In this document: positions 59,363-64,000 of the stretch, piece by piece | Numbering within the stretch: position 1 is the stretch's first letter | How the letters are laid out: each line of letters starts with the position of its first letter | NCBI GenBank assembly: GCA_963664325.2 | Contig: CAXXDQ010000004.1 | Location: 512,001 to 576,000 of the forward strand | DNA from: Desulfomonilia bacterium | GTDB lineage: Bacteria > Desulfobacterota > Desulfomonilia > UBA1062 | Direction: 5' to 3' | DNA: 64,000 nt | Notes under the pieces: model-generated | What the model saw: only the letters and a program-made list of their open reading frames with translations | Database searches by the model: none | Told to the model about the DNA's origin: nothing | Program-made: the position numbers and the translations under genes

Positions 59363-61204
59363 ATGAAGAATAAAATCATACAGCTACTTGTAATAGGCAT
59401 GATAGCCTTACCTGCTTACTCATATGCATTAACTGTAAAAAGTGTTGACTTTATGAATGTTAAAAACAAGTCACGTATACAGATAGGGCTGGACGGTAAG
59501 GCATCTTATGATGTTTCTAAAAAAGGAGAGATTGTAATTCTGAAAATTGAAGGGGCCAAGATACCGGCAAACCTTTCAAGACCTTTTTTAACTTCCGATT
59601 TTGTTACACCTATCGATAACTTCTTACCTAAGCAGGAAGGGAAAAATGTCATATTTGAAATAACAATGAAAAAAATGTCTCCATATTTCATTACCCAGGA
59701 TAAGAACCAGATTCTTATGGATTTCGATATCCCGGCAGATATGAAAGGAACTCAGGCAGCAAGCCGAGAAAATGTTCCCAAAGTCGTTTCTGCACCCCCC
59801 AAGAAAAAAGCTTCTGGTGAAAAAACCATTACTGTTTCCAAAGCAGATGTTGACGAATTATCGTCTCGCAGCAAGCAACCGACAACTCTCGATACATTTA
59901 AACCAAAATACAAGGGGCAACCCATAACACTGGATTTCCAGAATGCTGATATCCAAAATGTATTGAGAATAATTGCGGATGTAAGCGGGTTGAATATCGT
60001 TACTTCCGATGAAGTCAAAGGGCAAATCACAATACGACTGAAGGATATCCCCTGGGATCAGGCACTTGATGTTATTCTTGAGAGCAAGGATCTTTCAAAG
60101 ATGCAACTTGGCAATGTTGTGAGGATTGCCCCGGCTGATAAGATAAAGACAGCTCAGGACAGAATTATTGCTTCTCAAAAGACAGAGGAGCAGCTTGAAC
60201 CGCTTTACACTTCGGTAATACCGGTGAATTTTTCCAAGTCGACAGAAATGATTAACCTATTAAAAGGCAAGGAAATAGGCATTCTTACTGATAGAGGTAC
60301 TATAGTTGCTGATGCTAGGACAAACGTCCTGATCGTCAAGGACATCCAGAAAAGTGTAGATGCAATTTCTGCAATGATTAAAAGGCTGGATAAACCGACA
60401 CCGCAGGTTCTAATAACCGCCAGGGTTGTTCAGGCTGACGATTCGTTTTTAAAGGCTCTAGGCGTAGCATGGGGCGGTGCATACAGGTCGCAGTCAAACA
60501 AGTCGTTCTTCGGTCTGACTGGAAAGACTACGGGTGCTGCAACAAGTCTGTTTGATTCAACGACGGTTGCCGGTAAAAATCCTACATGGACAACGTCTGT
60601 TCTTCCTACTCCAGCGATGGCAGTAAATTTCCCTCAGAATCAGGCGGCGGGTATTGGAATACAGCTCGGCAGACTTGCCGGAAGCATGGTTGATCTCGAT
60701 CTAAGGCTTGATATCGGCGAGACCGACGGTACTACAAAGGTTATCGCAAGGCCGAAGGTTATTACACTGGATAACAAAAAAGCATCGATAAAACAGGGTG
60801 AAAAATACCCTTATGTTGTCCGAAACCAGGAAGGACAGCTGTCAACCGAACTGAAAGATATAGATCTGGTGCTGGAAGTTACACCCAGGATTGCTTTTGA
60901 CGGCAGCATTAATATGGAGGTGAAAGTTGTCAGAGACTCTCTTGGAGCGATTACAAACTCCCTGGGTGACCCGAGTATCTCAAACAGGGAAGTGACTACC
61001 GAAGTTATGGTCAAGGATGGAGAGACTCTCGTAATCGGCGGAATTATTGAAGAGGAAATTAAAAATAACGTTCAAAAGGTCCCGTTCCTTGGGGATATTC
61101 CAGTCATGGGATGGCTTTTCAAGTCCAAGAGGAAAGAAACAACAAAGAGAGAACTCGTGATATTCATAAGTCCGCATGTGATTGATAATATTGCATTAAA
61201 ATAG
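59363..61204 (+). CDS. pilQ: Type IV pilus secretin PilQ
   Basis: Signal peptide, AMIN-like domain, ITLDFQNADI, PWDQAL, secretin KVPFLGDIPVMGWLF. Confidence 0.95.
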   Translation: MKNKIIQLLVIGMIALPAYSYALTVKSVDFMNVKNKSRIQIGLDGKASYDVSKKGEIVILKIEGAKIPANLSRPFLTSDFVTPIDNFLPKQEGKNVIFEITMKKMSPYFITQDKNQILMDFDIPADMKGTQAASRENVPKVVSAPPKKKASGEKTITVSKADVDELSSRSKQPTTLDTFKPKYKGQPITLDFQNADIQNVLRIIADVSGLNIVTSDEVKGQITIRLKDIPWDQALDVILESKDLSKMQLGNVVRIAPADKIKTAQDRIIASQKTEEQLEPLYTSVIPVNFSKSTEMINLLKGKEIGILTDRGTIVADARTNVLIVKDIQKSVDAISAMIKRLDKPTPQVLITARVVQADDSFLKALGVAWGGAYRSQSNKSFFGLTGKTTGAATSLFDSTTVAGKNPTWTTSVLPTPAMAVNFPQNQAAGIGIQLGRLAGSMVDLDLRLDIGETDGTTKVIARPKVITLDNKKASIKQGEKYPYVVRNQEGQLSTELKDIDLVLEVTPRIAFDGSINMEVKVVRDSLGAITNSLGDPSISNREVTTEVMVKDGETLVIGGIIEEEIKNNVQKVPFLGDIPVMGWLFKSKRKETTKRELVIFISPHVIDNIALK

Positions 61205-61224
61205 ACACAGAGAAAGTCATAAAG

Positions 61225-61262
61225 AATCCCCGGTTTATATTTTGACCGGGGATTTTCATTTG
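61225..61262 (+). terminator. Intrinsic terminator after pilQ
   Basis: AATCCCCGGT...ACCGGGGATT stem followed by TTCATTT. Confidence 0.75.
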
Positions 61263-61359
61263 TAATCAAATTCTTAAACAGCTAAAGATAATCCACATTG
61301 ACAGTTGTGTTGTATAATTAATATAAGCTACAGGAACAACTGAGGAGGTTAAATGGCAT

Positions 61360-62073
61360 ATGGCTAATATTGACCGCAAAGAACTTGTAAAGACGCAGGA
61401 TTCATTTATTACAAGTACCGGCACTGTCGTTCAATGGATAAAAAACAACCCGTTCAGATTTGTCTCTGCCGTATTGATTATAATTATCATTGCCGGTGGT
61501 ATTTCCGGTTTTATCTACTGGAAAACATCCCGTGAAGACAAGGCGCTCAGTTCGCTTGTAAAGGCAGGGAGCAATTTAAAGCAAATAAGCGAAGTTGCCT
61601 TGAAATATGCTGACACTAAAGCCGGAAAGATGTCAAAGCTGAGACTTGCTGGGCTGGCCTTTGATAAATCGAATTTTAAGGAGGCCGTGAAAAATGCAGA
61701 TGAGTTCATAGAAGGCTGGGGTACGCAGGATGTTCTTTTCTATCAGGCAATGATGATACGTGCCATGTCGTATATGGAATTAAAAGATATACCCAAGGCC
61801 TTGGAGTCGCTGGATAAATGTGAAAAGGGTGCATCCGGTGTAATAAAGGATCAGGCTGTTTTTTTAAAGGCAATAGAGCTGAATGCATCAGGAAAAAAGA
61901 ATGAGGCAATTGATCTGTTGAAGAAAATATCTGCAGATCAGCCAAAAGCAATCGGCGAGAAAAAGGATGTCAAGAAATTGCCGGATAACGAGTCTTCAAA
62001 TTACAGGGAAATGGCAAAAGCAACTCTATCGGATATAAATTTTTCTGGGGGAGCCGGTATAAATGCAAAATAA
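61360..62073 (+). CDS. YfgM-like single-TM TPR protein
   Basis: [13 protein letters not shown]-terminus, one TM, YADTKAG, TPR helices. Confidence 0.75.
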   Translation: MANIDRKELVKTQDSFITSTGTVVQWIKNNPFRFVSAVLIIIIIAGGISGFIYWKTSREDKALSSLVKAGSNLKQISEVALKYADTKAGKMSKLRLAGLAFDKSNFKEAVKNADEFIEGWGTQDVLFYQAMMIRAMSYMELKDIPKALESLDKCEKGASGVIKDQAVFLKAIELNASGKKNEAIDLLKKISADQPKAIGEKKDVKKLPDNESSNYREMAKATLSDINFSGGAGINAK

Positions 62074-63872
62074 ATCAGGAGCCAGCGGCTTTCTGAAAAC
62101 AGCCGCCTTATGGATCGTAATAGTTCTCATAATGGTAATGCTTTATCAGCTGTTTAATCAGACCAAAACAAAGATTACGAAGTACGCCTACAGTGATTTT
62201 ATCCATATCCTGGACAGCGGCAAAGTAAAGGAAGTCAAAATACAGGGACAGAATATTGAAGGGAAACTTACAGATAATGTTTCTTTCGAAACTTTCATAC
62301 CGGACGATCCCAAGCTGGTAGACAGGCTTTTAGCCAAAAATGTAAAGGTTACGGCTGAGAATAAATCCTCGGATCCGTGGTATATGTCCGTCCTTATTTC
62401 CTGGATACCCATGCTTCTTTTGATAGGGGTTTGGATTCTCTTCATGCGCCAGATGCAAACGGGTGGCAACAAGGCAATGAGCTTTGGTAGAAGCAAGGCA
62501 CGGCTCATGACTCAGGATAAAATGAAAGTAACCTTTGCTGATGTCGCAGGTGTTGATGAAGCTAAGGAAGAGCTTAATGAAATAATTGATTTTCTTAAAG
62601 ACCCGAAGCAATTCACGACACTTGGGGGCCGAATTCCCAAGGGGGTATTGCTTCTTGGGCCTCCGGGAACAGGAAAAACCCTTCTTGCAAAGGCAGTTGC
62701 CGGTGAAGCCGGCCGGCCTTTTTTCAGCATGTCAGGATCGGATTTTGTTGAAATGTTCGTAGGTGTCGGCGCCTCACGGGTACGTGACCTTTTTGCCCAG
62801 GGCAAGCAGCATGCACCCTGCATTATATTCATAGATGAAATCGACGCAGTCGGACGGCACAGGGGTGCGGGGCTTGGCGGCGGACACGACGAGAGGGAGC
62901 AGACACTTAACCAGCTTCTTGTTGAAATGGACGGGTTCGAATCGAATGAAGGTGTTATACTCATGGCTGCGACGAACCGGCCTGATGTGCTTGACCCTGC
63001 ATTATTGAGACCAGGGAGATTTGACAGGCAGGTTGTTGTTGCAAGGCCTGATGTTAAAGGGCGCGAAGGAATTCTCCTGGTGCATTCCAAGAAGATACCT
63101 TTGTCTGAAAATGTAGATATAAAGATTCTCGCCAAGTCCACCCCGGGCTTTTCCGGAGCCGACCTTGCCAATCTTGTTAATGAAGCGGCCCTTTTAGCGG
63201 CTAAGCAAAAGAAGACGCAGGTTGAGATGGAGGACCTGGAAAAGGCCAAGGACAAGGTTCTAATGGGTGTTGAAAGAAAGAGCCTTGTAATCTCCTGAAG
63301 AGGAAAAGAGGACCACCGCATATCATGAAGCAGGCCATGCCCTTGTTGCCAGGTCACTTCCGGATGCCGACCCTGTCTACAAGGTAAGTATAATACCGAG
63401 AGGAAGGGCTCTGGGCGTTACACAGCAGCTGCCCATCGATGACAGACATACATATAAGAAAGAATATCTCCATGACACGATTGCGGTACTTATGGGCGGT
63501 CGTGCCGCTGAAGAAATTGCCCTGAACAGCATGACCACAGGTGCTGGCAATGACATTGAGCGTGCAACCGAAATGGCCCGGCATATGGTTACAGAGTGGG
63601 GAATGAGTTCGCTCGGGCCGTTAAGCCTCGGGAATGTCGAGCAGGAAATGTTCCTCGGACGTGAGATTTCCAAGAGGGTTGATTACAGTGAAATGACAGC
63701 CCAGAAGATTGATGCGGAAGTTAAGAACATTGTTATGGAGGGATACAACAGGGCCAGAAATGCTATTGACCAGAACAGGGACAAGCTTGAAAAACTTGCC
63801 CAGAGGCTGCTTGAAAAGGAGGTTGTTGATAGTGTCGAACTCGACAGCATCCTCGGAAAAGAGGCAGCCTAA
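62063..63872 (+). CDS. ftsH: ATP-dependent zinc metalloprotease FtsH, +1 frameshift near 63295
   Basis: Two TMs, [18 protein letters not shown]; removing one C gives [18 protein letters not shown] and continues into the 63492..63872 ORF. Confidence 0.95.
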
Positions 63873-64000
63873 AGCAAGGCTGCTTTCTTTTCCTGATCAT
63901 ATAGACCTGATTTCATGTGGAATTGACCCGGGGGCGCTCCCTTATCTTATACCCAAGCTTTACCATAAAGTTATCCTTATTAAGGATGTGAAACTTTTTG
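63832..64000 (+). CDS. folP: Probable dihydropteroate synthase N-terminus (partial)
   Basis: Open frame from GTG 63832 to the window end (...[27 protein letters not shown]) resembles the N-terminal extension of long FolP proteins; ftsH-folP synteny is common; catalytic domain not visible. Confidence 0.5.
   Translation, partial: MSNSTASSEKRQPKARLLSFPDHIDLISCGIDPGALPYLIPKLYHKVILIKDVKLF

Noticed and set aside
63290-63300. In-frame TGA in ftsH as possible selenocysteine or readthrough
   Set aside because: The downstream HEAGH motif is in a different frame, so this is an indel; the same applies to the TGA at 4650.
62512-63357. 281-aa minus-strand ORF
   Set aside because: Antisense to the conserved FtsH AAA domain; a typical shadow ORF.

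Overview
Bacterial chromosomal window. Gene content (MglA, PilMNOPQ, PEP-CTERM protein, HD-GYP/PilZ signalling, Buk/Ptb, rpiB-glyA-nrdR synteny) suggests an anaerobic deltaproteobacterium (Desulfobacterota-like); this assignment is inference. Contents left to right: (1) a GC-richer cluster of three phytoene-desaturase-family flavoenzymes, an FAD/2Fe-2S reductase, an SDR and a 44-aa peptide, next to a membrane-anchored AraC regulator; (2) a reduced yceD-rpmF-fabD-acpP-fabF-rpiB-glyA-nrdR block; (3) a 10.7-kb all-cytoplasmic signalling operon with two histidine kinases, an 811-bp tandem triplication generating REC-PAS proteins, two HD-GYP regulators, an orphan MglA-type GTPase and a receiver-fused PilB/GspE ATPase, which is the most striking system here; (4) purU, PilZ proteins, lipoproteins and a ptb-ptb-buk-lipoprotein-acylase run whose two Ptb paralogs have lost complementary motifs; (5) radical SAM, glpD, a porin-like protein, ArnT-like GT, MoxR/VWA, tRNA-Arg(CCG), a TetR-TolC-HlyD-ABC efflux operon, a PEP-CTERM protein, HemN-like and rhomboid genes; (6) ftsB-pilMNOPQ, a YfgM-like gene, ftsH and the start of folP. 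Several genes, including normally essential ones, are broken by single-base insertions in homopolymers (about 4660, 11.6-14.6 kb, about 63295), most likely sequencing or assembly errors. No CRISPR array, rRNA, transposase or integrase was seen.
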